From Clostridia bacterium (lineage in GTDB: Bacteria > Bacillota > Clostridia > TANB77 > CAG-465), in the NCBI GenBank assembly GCA_045637095.1, contig JAZTYX010000054.1, positions 1,373-65,372 of the forward strand: DNA of 64,000 nucleotides, in the 5' to 3' direction. The notes beneath the pieces are model-generated. The model did no database searches and was not told where the DNA came from. It saw only the letters and a list, made by a program, of their open reading frames with translations. Shown one piece after another: positions 19,430-28,284 of this stretch (within the stretch, counting starts at the first letter, position 1; every line of letters begins with the position of its first letter). Position numbers and translations under genes: made by a program.

Positions 19430-22400
19430 ATGCAGTTAAAAAGAATTGAAGTACAAGGCTTCAAATCGTTTGCAGATAAAACAATTATCGAATTCGATGG
19501 TGGTATAACAACAATAGTTGGACCAAATGGAAGCGGTAAGAGTAACATATCTGATGCGGTTAGATGGGTACTTGGAGAACAAAGCGCAAAGAGCCTTAGA
19601 GGTTCTAAAATGGAAGATGTAATTTTCGCAGGGACTAAGCATAGAAAAATGCTTGGTCTTGCTGAGGTTTCATTGGTATTAGATAATAGTGATCACAGCC
19701 TTCCTTTAGAATTTGATGAGGTTGTTGTAACAAGAAAAGTATATAGAAGTGGTGAAAGTGAGTATTTAATAAACAAATCTAATGTAAGACTTAAAGATAT
19801 TCAAGAACTTTTCATGGATACAGGTGTAGGTCGTGATGGATATAGTATCATTGGACAAGGTAAAATAGACTCAATAATATCTTCTAAATCTGAAGATAGA
19901 AGAAGTATATTTGAAGAAGCATCTGGAATTGTTAAATATAGAACTAGAAAAGATGAAGCTTTAAGAAAATTAGAGCATACAAATACAAACTTAGATAGAG
20001 TTAGAGATATATTAACAGAAATAGAAAACAATCTAGGACCATTAGAAAAGAAAGCAGAAACTGCTAAAAAATATCTAGAACTAAAAGAAGAATTAAAGGG
20101 GATAGATGTAAAGTTATTCTTAAACCTTATAGATAGTTCTAAGGAAGATATGGATGTTCTTGTAGAAAAACTAGAAGCATTACAAGCAAGTATAGATGAA
20201 AAAGAACAAGAAATATCTACAGCACAAAGAACAAGTGATGAAACAAGAGTATGTCTAGAAGAACTTCTTCAAGCTATAGAAACTACACAAGAAGCATATT
20301 ATGCATCACTTAATGAAATAGATAGATTAGTATCTAAAGTAGAAGCATATGACGATAGAGTGGCATTAAACAAAGAAAACATAGACAAGCTTAAAGAAGA
20401 AATTGCAGGTAGCGATACTAGTATTGCTATTCTAGAACAAGAAATAATAACTCGTTCATCTAAGAAAGATAATTTAGAAAAGAATAAAGAAAGATTTGAA
20501 ACTGAGCTAAAAGAAAAACAAGAAGAATTAAAAGAAATAACAGCTAATATGTCAGATAAAGAGCTTGAAATAGAAGAATTAAAAAGAACAGTTGAATCTC
20601 TAAAAGAAAATATTTCTGAACTAAAACTTAAGATTGCTACAGCAGAAATGAAGTTAGAAACAAATATAAAAAGAATAGATACAATAGCTAAAGAAGCAAG
20701 AGGAGATATTTCAAGTTCAGATGGCTTAAGACTTCGTGAAGAAGAAGTTAGAGGCGAATTCGAGAAAATTGCTAAATCTAGAAATACATTAAAAGATGAA
20801 GTTGAATCTTTAAGACAAGAAAAAGCAAGACTTGAAGAATTCTTTAGTACATTCTCAGAAAAAGAGAATCAATATAAACAAGGAATTCTAGAAACTCGTT
20901 CTAAACTAAACTATATGGTAAATCTTGAAGCGGAAAGTGAAGGATATACACGTAGTGTTAAGAGTATAATAGATCTTTCAAGAAGAAATGAAAAATACAA
21001 AGCACATGTATTTGGAACACTTGCAAGCTTAATTTCAACTACAGAAAAGTATGAAAAAGCAATAGAAATTGCAATGGGTGGATATGTACAAAACATAGTT
21101 GTAGATAAAGATAGTATGGCCAAAGACCTAGTAAACTTCTTAAAAGATGGCGCACTAGGAAGAGCAACTTTCTTACCACTTGAAAGTATTAAGCTATATA
21201 AAGAAGATATTCCAACAGCTGTTAAAAAAGAAACAGGATATATTGGAAACGCAATAGAACTTGTTAAATTTGATTCTAAATATGAACCAGCAGTTCGTTT
21301 AGCGCTAGGCAGAACAATAGTTGTAGACACAATAGAAAACGGTATTAAGCTTTCTAAAGTGGCTAAAAACAGTGCTAAGATAGTAACACTTGATGGTGAA
21401 ATAATTGCAACAACAGGAAGCATAACAGGTGGTAAATCTGAAGGAAAACAAATGACTCTTGTTGGACGTAACAGAAAGATAAATGAATACAAAGATAGAC
21501 TAGAAAAATTAGAAAAAGAATATAATGATCATATGAAAGCCATAGAAAAAGATAAAGGCAAATATGAAATGGTTGTAGAAAGATTAAATTCATTATCTGA
21601 TGAATACACAGTTGTTAATACTAATTACAGTGTTATAGAAGAAAGATTAAATGCTGTATTACGTGATTCGGTTAAAATTAAAGAATCAAGAAAAAATAAA
21701 GAGCAAGAAAAACTTGAACTTGAATCAGAAAACAAAGATTTAAGATGGGATATAGATGTAGCAAACAAAGAAATTGAAGCTACAAATGAAGAAATATCTA
21801 AACATCTAGAAGTTATTTCTGAATATGCAAGATTTAACAAAGAAAAAGAAGAAAGAGTAAACTTCTTAAACGAAGATATAATGAACCTTAAAGTTTCGTT
21901 ATCTTCATTTGATGAATCTGAAGCTGCTATTGATGAAATGGTAGATAAGATAAGACAAGATATTAATTCCTTTATGGCAAGTATCGAAAGAAAGAAAGAC
22001 TTAATTAAAGAGTATGAAAATACTTTAAATGAAAGTGAATCTAAGAATGAAGAAGATAAGAAAGCTATAGAAGAATTAAAAGTTAAATCCGAAGAATTAA
22101 AACTTGAAGTAGAAAAATTAAAAGAAGATAAAGCTGCAAATATAGCTAAACAAAGCGAAATAGAAAAGCAAACATTCGATTCTATGAAAACTCTAGAAAA
22201 ATTAAGAGATGAAAAGAATAAAGTTGATGCTAAGAAAAACAAATATGATAGTGATACAGAACTTCTAAAGATAAAAATGTGGGAAGAATATGAACTTACA
22301 ATATCTTCTGCAAGAGAATATAATAAAGCTTTAGATGCGCTAAATGAACTATCTAAAACAAAACTTGAACAAAGAGCAAGCAAGCTTAAATCTGAGATTA

Positions 22401-22999
22401 AAGGACTAGGAGAAGTTACAGTAAGTTCAATAGATGAGTTTAAGGAGCTTAAAGAGCGTGGGGAATTCATATCTAAACAAAAAATAGATCTTGAAGAAAC
22501 TAAAGCCAAACTAGAAAACTTAATAGAAAATACAACAGCAGTAATGAAGACACAATTTGCAAGACAATTTAAAGAAATAAACGAAAACTTTAAAGTTGTA
22601 TTCAAAGAGTTATTCGGTGGTGGTAGAGCAGAACTTAAACTAGTAGACGATAAAAATATACTAGAAAGTGGAATAGAAATAGAAGCAGAACCACCTGGAA
22701 AGAAACTACAAAACATGTCTCTATTATCTGGTGGAGAAAAAGCTTTAACAGCTATAGCAATATTATTTGCAATACTAAAAATAAAAGCACCTCCATTCTG
22801 TGTTCTAGATGAAATAGAAGCGGCTCTAGATGATATTAACGTTGCAAGATTTGCAAGTTATCTAGAAAAATACTCAGATGAAACACAATTCATTGTAATA
22901 ACACATAGAAAAGGAACAATGGAAGTTGCAACATCGGTATATGGTGTAACAATGCAAGAATACGGTGTATCTAAACTTGTTTCTATGAAGTTGAAATAA
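19430..22999 (+). CDS. smc: Chromosome segregation protein SMC
   Basis: GFKSF, GPNGSGKSN, hinge GRATFLPL, LSGGE, LDEIEAALD; 1189 aa. Confidence 0.98.
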   Translation: MQLKRIEVQGFKSFADKTIIEFDGGITTIVGPNGSGKSNISDAVRWVLGEQSAKSLRGSKMEDVIFAGTKHRKMLGLAEVSLVLDNSDHSLPLEFDEVVVTRKVYRSGESEYLINKSNVRLKDIQELFMDTGVGRDGYSIIGQGKIDSIISSKSEDRRSIFEEASGIVKYRTRKDEALRKLEHTNTNLDRVRDILTEIENNLGPLEKKAETAKKYLELKEELKGIDVKLFLNLIDSSKEDMDVLVEKLEALQASIDEKEQEISTAQRTSDETRVCLEELLQAIETTQEAYYASLNEIDRLVSKVEAYDDRVALNKENIDKLKEEIAGSDTSIAILEQEIITRSSKKDNLEKNKERFETELKEKQEELKEITANMSDKELEIEELKRTVESLKENISELKLKIATAEMKLETNIKRIDTIAKEARGDISSSDGLRLREEEVRGEFEKIAKSRNTLKDEVESLRQEKARLEEFFSTFSEKENQYKQGILETRSKLNYMVNLEAESEGYTRSVKSIIDLSRRNEKYKAHVFGTLASLISTTEKYEKAIEIAMGGYVQNIVVDKDSMAKDLVNFLKDGALGRATFLPLESIKLYKEDIPTAVKKETGYIGNAIELVKFDSKYEPAVRLALGRTIVVDTIENGIKLSKVAKNSAKIVTLDGEIIATTGSITGGKSEGKQMTLVGRNRKINEYKDRLEKLEKEYNDHMKAIEKDKGKYEMVVERLNSLSDEYTVVNTNYSVIEERLNAVLRDSVKIKESRKNKEQEKLELESENKDLRWDIDVANKEIEATNEEISKHLEVISEYARFNKEKEERVNFLNEDIMNLKVSLSSFDESEAAIDEMVDKIRQDINSFMASIERKKDLIKEYENTLNESESKNEEDKKAIEELKVKSEELKLEVEKLKEDKAANIAKQSEIEKQTFDSMKTLEKLRDEKNKVDAKKNKYDSDTELLKIKMWEEYELTISSAREYNKALDALNELSKTKLEQRASKLKSEIKGLGEVTVSSIDEFKELKERGEFISKQKIDLEETKAKLENLIENTTAVMKTQFARQFKEINENFKVVFKELFGGGRAELKLVDDKNILESGIEIEAEPPGKKLQNMSLLSGGEKALTAIAILFAILKIKAPPFCVLDEIEAALDDINVARFASYLEKYSDETQFIVITHRKGTMEVATSVYGVTMQEYGVSKLVSMKLK

Positions 23000-23018
23000 A
23001 ATTTGGAGGTAACAAAAG

Positions 23019-24332
23019 ATGAAAAAGGGAATATCATTAATAGTATTAGTTATAACTATAATTGTTATGATAATCTTAGCAGTATCTGTTGTAATTACGC
23101 TAACAAACACAGGAATAATAAATAAAGCAAATCAAGCGGTAAGCCAAACAAATGAACAACAACTCCAAGATTTAGCTGCACTTTTATGGGCGGATTCATA
23201 TATGGCTGGTAAAAGAGGAATAGAGCTAAAAGAAGAAGTTTTAGAACAATTAAAAGAATATAAAACAGATTATAGAATTCTTGTTACAGACAACGGTGTA
23301 ACAGTGCAAGATAGAAAAAATATTGACTGGAAAATGGTTAGAGAATATGATGAAAATGGGCTAATAACAAAAGTAATGTTAACAGATGGAATCGAGTCAT
23401 ATGAAATAGGAACAACTGTTAACTATATGCCAAGTGGAATTGGACCAACAAACTATAAATCTGGTTGGAAACTACTTGGAGTAGATGAACAAGGAAGATT
23501 GTTATTGATGTCTGCTTCGGATATATTAGGAGCTAAATTAAATGGAGAAGAAGATTTTGTAAATGGAATACAAAAGTTAAATAATTTAGTAGCAGATTAT
23601 AAAGATGGAACAGTAGGTATATCTTCAAGAAGTATAACTGTAGAAGATATAAATAAGATTACTGGATTTACACTAGAAGATGCAAATTCAACAGAATATT
23701 TGGCGTACAGAGTTGCATATAATAAACAACAAGGTATTGGCGGTACAGAAGAAGAATTATTAAATGGAGTATTACAAACAATGGGATTTTCGGATATATC
23801 TCAAGCTTCAATTTTAGATAGTGGCTTGGATATAAATATATCGTGGGATGGTACAAGATATCCTAAATGTACATATGTTCAAGATGGAGTTACTAAAACA
23901 TATAGTTTGCAAGCAGAACATAATTGGAATGGATTTAGATACTATGATGCCAAAACAAATAAATTTGTAACAGCTCCTTATGCAGAACAAGGCGAAATAA
24001 CTACAGTAACTAATAAGTTGTATGCTTATGATGGATTAGCAAAATATTCAGCGGATTCTAAAGCATATAAAATGCTATTTAAATATCCAAATAGTGAAAT
24101 TTTGGCTGGATATTGGTTAGCAACACACTATACACGAGTTAATGCTAAAGCGTACTTTATGGGGATGCATTATGTACATAGTGGTTTTGTAGCAGCTACA
24201 TATTTAATAGGTTCTCACAGCGGTAGTGCAGAATCAAGTTCTAGTGTTAGAGCGGTAGTAACTCTTGCACCAGATGCTGAACTTGTGGAAAGTACAAACA
24301 ATATTGGAACATATAACATTATAAAGGATTAA
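23019..24332 (+). CDS. Large type IV pilin-like protein with C-terminal DUF6273/lectin-like domain
   Basis: MKKG|ISLIVLVITIIVMIILA; YWLAT...VRAVVTLA; paralog of 44046-45311. Confidence 0.8.
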   Translation: MKKGISLIVLVITIIVMIILAVSVVITLTNTGIINKANQAVSQTNEQQLQDLAALLWADSYMAGKRGIELKEEVLEQLKEYKTDYRILVTDNGVTVQDRKNIDWKMVREYDENGLITKVMLTDGIESYEIGTTVNYMPSGIGPTNYKSGWKLLGVDEQGRLLLMSASDILGAKLNGEEDFVNGIQKLNNLVADYKDGTVGISSRSITVEDINKITGFTLEDANSTEYLAYRVAYNKQQGIGGTEEELLNGVLQTMGFSDISQASILDSGLDINISWDGTRYPKCTYVQDGVTKTYSLQAEHNWNGFRYYDAKTNKFVTAPYAEQGEITTVTNKLYAYDGLAKYSADSKAYKMLFKYPNSEILAGYWLATHYTRVNAKAYFMGMHYVHSGFVAATYLIGSHSGSAESSSSVRAVVTLAPDAELVESTNNIGTYNIIKD

Positions 24333-24345
24333 TAATAAAACAAAC

Positions 24346-24377
24346 AAAAAGACTAAGATTTCTCTTAGTCTTTTTTT
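24346..24377. terminator. Bidirectional terminator
   Basis: AAAAAGACTAAGA/TCTTAGTCTTTTT. Confidence 0.8.
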
Positions 24378-24386
24378 GCTTTTCAG

Positions 24387-24842
24387 TTATTCAACTGTAA
24401 TGAAGTAATCATCTGTTTCAGTAAAGATATGATACAGATTATCCTTCATTTTTTGAAGCTTTGTTACAAATACGGTTGTGTCGATAAACGCGGGACCGTT
24501 GTCGCTCAAGTTTACGATAGATATATTGAGCGGTGCGTTTTGAATGGGTGTGTCTGTAGCGAAAGCGTAGGGGAGTTCAGAACCGGCGTAATGAAGTGCG
24601 TTGAAGGCAATGTATCTGCATGGACCGGTATTGATCATAGTATATTCTTCAGATGCAAAGTCAATTGAAAGAATACCATCGGTTAAAAATGCTTCAAACT
24701 TTCCGCTCTTTGAAGCAAGTTCAAATACCTGTACTTTTTTGCCAATAGACAACTTATCATGGAAGAATAAAACAATCTTCCAGTCCTTCTTAAATAACTT
24801 CTGATTGCGCTTTTCTGTGATGAATTTCTCCGTCTTAGTCAT
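24387..24842 (-). CDS. Hypothetical protein (paralog of 25131-25601)
   Basis: GGAGGT RBS before ATG at 24842; TTGATT-N17-TATAAT promoter at 24920-24892. Confidence 0.7.
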   Translation of the reverse strand: MTKTEKFITEKRNQKLFKKDWKIVLFFHDKLSIGKKVQVFELASKSGKFEAFLTDGILSIDFASEEYTMINTGPCRYIAFNALHYAGSELPYAFATDTPIQNAPLNISIVNLSDNGPAFIDTTVFVTKLQKMKDNLYHIFTETDDYFITVE

Positions 24843-24929
24843 AAAACCTCCATAAAAATTATTTTTTGAATATGCGCTATTAACAGAAAGTATTATATCA
24901 TAAGGTTTTATTAAAATCAAGGTATACAT

Positions 24930-25025
24930 AAAAAAGAGAAGAGACGTAAGTCTCTTCAGGGGTAATAATATAAAATAAATATTTGAGGGTATATAAAGGT
25001 AATATGTATTACTATTCTGTAATAC
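24930..25025 (-). ncRNA. Candidate Spo0A-dependent small RNA, copy A
   Basis: TTCGACA-N21-TATAAT-N6-G start, 5' hairpin GTATTAC/GTAATAC, anti-SD tracts, terminator GAAGAGAC/GTCTCTTC plus U-run. Confidence 0.55.
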
Positions 25026-25058
25026 AACTAAATTATATTACTAATATGTATTTTGTAT

Positions 25059-25107
25059 TGTCGAAAAATATACTGTATTTGTAAAAAGAAAGACTATTTT
25101 TGTCGAA
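25059..25107. promoter_or_regulatory. Two consensus Spo0A (0A) boxes
   Basis: TGTCGAA at 25059-25065 and 25101-25107 (42 bp apart). Confidence 0.65.
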
Positions 25108-25130
25108 AAAATAACAGGTTATTAAACCTG

Positions 25131-25601
25131 TTATTTCTCATCTCTAATAAAGAGAAAGTATGCTTTACCGGCAAGAGTAGTTGTGTAGTATAAATCTTTG
25201 TCAAGAATTTTAACAGACGAGATTTTATCCATTACATGAGGAATTTCATGTGGTTTGTTTTCTTTAATAGTCATAACAGAAATACAAGGTTCGGTTTCTG
25301 TTTTAGGGACGTCGGAAATAAAACCAATAGATGTATGAACTCGTCTATATATTTTAGGGGTTATACAAAGGTGGAACGATTCAAATGGGTTGCTAATTAA
25401 ATAAAGACCGGGTTCGATAACTTGAACTAACTTGATTTTGTTAACAATAGTTTTTGCTAAAATTTTGTAGTGAATAAACAAAGTTGTACATTTAAATTTC
25501 CGACCTGTTTTTGGTTCTTTGTCCGAGAACGCTAAATGCCATTTTTTAGATTGCTCGTAAGCAATAGCTTCTTTCATGACTTGCTTATCTACGTCTTTCA
25601 T
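25131..25601 (-). CDS. Hypothetical protein (paralog of 24387-24842)
   Basis: GGAGGT RBS; TTGACT-N17-TATACT promoter at 25680-25652; terminator hairpin at 25110-25135. Confidence 0.7.
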   Translation of the reverse strand: MKDVDKQVMKEAIAYEQSKKWHLAFSDKEPKTGRKFKCTTLFIHYKILAKTIVNKIKLVQVIEPGLYLISNPFESFHLCITPKIYRRVHTSIGFISDVPKTETEPCISVMTIKENKPHEIPHVMDKISSVKILDKDLYYTTTLAGKAYFLFIRDEK

Positions 25602-25677
25602 AATACCTCCAGTTCAAAATTATTTTTACATAGAATATTAAATGCTTTTTTAGTATAGCATTAGAGTGTAGAAAAGT

Positions 25678-25781
25678 CAAATAAGGAGTAGCTAGCATTA
25701 GCTACTCCTTGAGAGTAATATATTTAATATATTATAAAAAAGGATTTATGAAAAAGGTAAATGTACTCTACTTGAGAATAC
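25678..25781 (-). ncRNA. Candidate Spo0A-dependent small RNA, copy B
   Basis: TTCGACA-N21-TATACT-N6-G start, 5' hairpin GTATTCT/AGAGTAC, anti-SD tracts, 12-bp terminator AAGGAGTAGCTA/TAGCTACTCCTT. Confidence 0.55.
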
Positions 25782-25814
25782 TCTTAAAGTATAGTATAAT
25801 AGCATAAAAATAGA

Positions 25815-25821
25815 TGTCGAA
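25815..25821. promoter_or_regulatory. Consensus Spo0A (0A) box
   Basis: TGTCGAA. Confidence 0.6.
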
Positions 25822-25889
25822 ATATATGGCTATAGTATAAAAGAAAAGTCATATATTGTAATAATATGAAATGTATAAAGAGGGTAAAA

Positions 25890-27218
25890 ATGGAGAAAGT
25901 AGTAAATGTAATAGGGGCAGGCTTAGCAGGTACTGAGTGTGCGTATATACTAAGTAAAAATGGAATAAAAGTTAGACTTTATGAAATGAAGCCTAATAAA
26001 AAAAGCCCAGCTCATGTATCAGATAAATTTGGAGAGTTGGTATGTAGCAATTCATTAAAATCCGAACTTTTAACAAATGCTTGTGGGCTTCTTAAAGAAG
26101 AAATGAGGAGACTTGGAAGTCTTTTTGTAGAAGCTGCATATAGTTCAAAAGTACCAGCAGGAAATGCTTTAGCGGTAGATAGAGAAAAGTTTGCAGAATA
26201 TATAACAAATAAAATTAAAGCAGAGAAGAATATAGAAGTTATTTATGAAGAAGTGGAAGATATAAATAATCTAGATGGAATTACGGTAATAGCAACTGGA
26301 CCTTTAACAAGTGATGCATTATCTAAAAGTATAGCTAAACTTGTTGGAGATGAAGGTCTGTATTTTTATGATGCAGCTGCACCAATAATTACTAAAGAAA
26401 GTATAGATATGACTAAAGCATATAGAAAAGATAGATATGGTGAAGTTGGAGTAGGAGACTACTTAAACCTAGCAATGTCTAAAGAAGAATATGATGTGTT
26501 CTACGATGCTTTAATAAATGCAGAAAGTGCAAATCGTCATGAATTCGATTCTTTAGAAAACATAGAACATTTTGAAGGTTGTATGCCGGTAGAATCTTTA
26601 GCTAGACGTGGAGAACAAACATTAGTATTTGGACCATTAAAACCAGTAGGTCTTTACAGAGAAGATGGAACAAAACCATATGCGGTACTTCAACTAAGAG
26701 CAGAAGATGAAGAAGAAACTATGTTTAATCTAGTAGGATTCCAAACAAGCTTAAAATTTAGTGAACAAAAAAGAGTATTTAGTTTAATTCCAGGTTTAGA
26801 GAATATGGAATTCTTGCGTTATGGGGTAATGCATAGAAATACATACATAAACGGCCCTAAAACGCTAAATAAAGACTTTAGAATGAAAGATAATAAAAAT
26901 ATATACTTCGCAGGACAAATAAGCGGAGTGGAAGGCTACGTTGAATCTGCGGCAAGTGGACTTATGGTAGCATACAACATAATAGAAAGCTTTAATAATG
27001 ATAGTGATGAACAAGCACTATTTGATGAAGTTACAATTCTGGGAGCACTTAGTAAATATGTAAGTACAGAAAATAAAGATTATGCACCTATGAATGCAAA
27101 CTTTGGAATTGTACCACCACTAGAAAACAAAATTAAAGATAAAAAAGAAAGATATTTGATTTATGCAAATAGGTCTTTAGAAAAAATAGAGGAGTTTGTA
27201 AATGAGCATATTAGATGA
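25890..27218 (+). CDS. trmFO: Methylenetetrahydrofolate--tRNA-(uracil-5-)-methyltransferase TrmFO
   Basis: VIGAGLAG, ELVCSNSL, FEGCMPVE, RYGVMHRNTYIN, GVEGYVES. Confidence 0.97.
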   Translation: MEKVVNVIGAGLAGTECAYILSKNGIKVRLYEMKPNKKSPAHVSDKFGELVCSNSLKSELLTNACGLLKEEMRRLGSLFVEAAYSSKVPAGNALAVDREKFAEYITNKIKAEKNIEVIYEEVEDINNLDGITVIATGPLTSDALSKSIAKLVGDEGLYFYDAAAPIITKESIDMTKAYRKDRYGEVGVGDYLNLAMSKEEYDVFYDALINAESANRHEFDSLENIEHFEGCMPVESLARRGEQTLVFGPLKPVGLYREDGTKPYAVLQLRAEDEEETMFNLVGFQTSLKFSEQKRVFSLIPGLENMEFLRYGVMHRNTYINGPKTLNKDFRMKDNKNIYFAGQISGVEGYVESAASGLMVAYNIIESFNNDSDEQALFDEVTILGALSKYVSTENKDYAPMNANFGIVPPLENKIKDKKERYLIYANRSLEKIEEFVNEHIR

Positions 27219-28164
27219 TCATATTAAAAATAACAGTGTTAAAGGATTATATCTATTATTTGGTGATGAAAAATATGATATAGAACGCTATATAGATAAA
27301 ATGAAAAAAACATTTTCAAATCTAGAACTTGGAATAAACTATTTTGTATTAGATAAAACTAATATAGAAACATTAAAAGATGCAATAGAAAGTGTTTCGT
27401 TTTTTGGATTAGAAAAATTAATAGTAGTAAAAAATGTTGGATTAAAATTTAAGAAAGAAGCTATAGAAAACATATCTAATACAGAACTTGCAATAATTTT
27501 TGTAGAGGATAGTGTGGATAAAAGAACTGCAGAATACAAGTTTCTAGCTAAAAATGCTGTTTGCCAAGAATTTGCAAAGCTTAATGCAAAAGATGCAGCT
27601 TTCTATGTAGTAAGAACACTTAATTCATATAAAATTAAAGTTAAAGACAGTACAGCGGAATACATGGTAAGTGTATGCACAGAAGATAAACAAACATTAA
27701 TAAACGAGTTTAAGAAAATAGTTGCATATCTAGAACCGGGAGATGAACTTACTAAAGAGGTAATAGATAAAATATGTACAAGAACGTTAGATGCTAAAAT
27801 ATTTGATCTTGTAGATATGGTTTTAGCAAAAAAGAAAAAAGAAGCGTTAAAAATATTAGAAGATATGCTTGCGCAAAAAACATATCCGGGGATAATAACA
27901 GGCATGCTATATAAGCAAATGAAACAAATGTATATGATTAAACTTTTAGAAGAAAAATCTAGAAAAGAAGGATATAATGCAAATATTGCGACTGAGCTAG
28001 GAATACATCCATTTGTGCTTTCTAAATTAAAAGCAGCAAGTATAAATTACAAAATAGAAGATATAGAAAATATACTTTTAGAGTTTGATGAATATGACTC
28101 AAATTCTAAAACAGGAAAAATGGATATAGAAACAGGGTTAAAACGATTGATATTAAGTATGTAA
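27202..28164 (+). CDS. holA: DNA polymerase III delta subunit
   Basis: YLLFGDEKY, SFFG..KLIVVK, DKR, LGIHPF, KTG. Confidence 0.9.
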   Translation: MSILDDHIKNNSVKGLYLLFGDEKYDIERYIDKMKKTFSNLELGINYFVLDKTNIETLKDAIESVSFFGLEKLIVVKNVGLKFKKEAIENISNTELAIIFVEDSVDKRTAEYKFLAKNAVCQEFAKLNAKDAAFYVVRTLNSYKIKVKDSTAEYMVSVCTEDKQTLINEFKKIVAYLEPGDELTKEVIDKICTRTLDAKIFDLVDMVLAKKKKEALKILEDMLAQKTYPGIITGMLYKQMKQMYMIKLLEEKSRKEGYNANIATELGIHPFVLSKLKAASINYKIEDIENILLEFDEYDSNSKTGKMDIETGLKRLILSM

Positions 28165-28284
28165 AGATATATTGATGATTGTAGACATAAAACTGCAAAA
28201 ACTATTGACTTTCTCTAAGAATTATGTTAAACTAATATTGCGTAGTTTAGCAATATAAATATTCTTAATAGGAGGTTTAGTACC

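Noticed and set aside
21625-22716. Long antisense ORFs (also 14031-14702, 35972-36667, 58603-59196 and others)
   Set aside because: S/F/L-rich shadows of purine-rich sense genes; no RBS or motifs
25748-25807. + strand micro-ORF MKKVNVLYLRILLKYSIIA opposite sRNA B (type I toxin-antitoxin idea)
   Set aside because: The equivalent ORF in copy A is unrelated in sequence and register, and no + strand promoter/terminator pair was seen; the RBS-like text is better explained as the anti-SD of the minus-strand RNA
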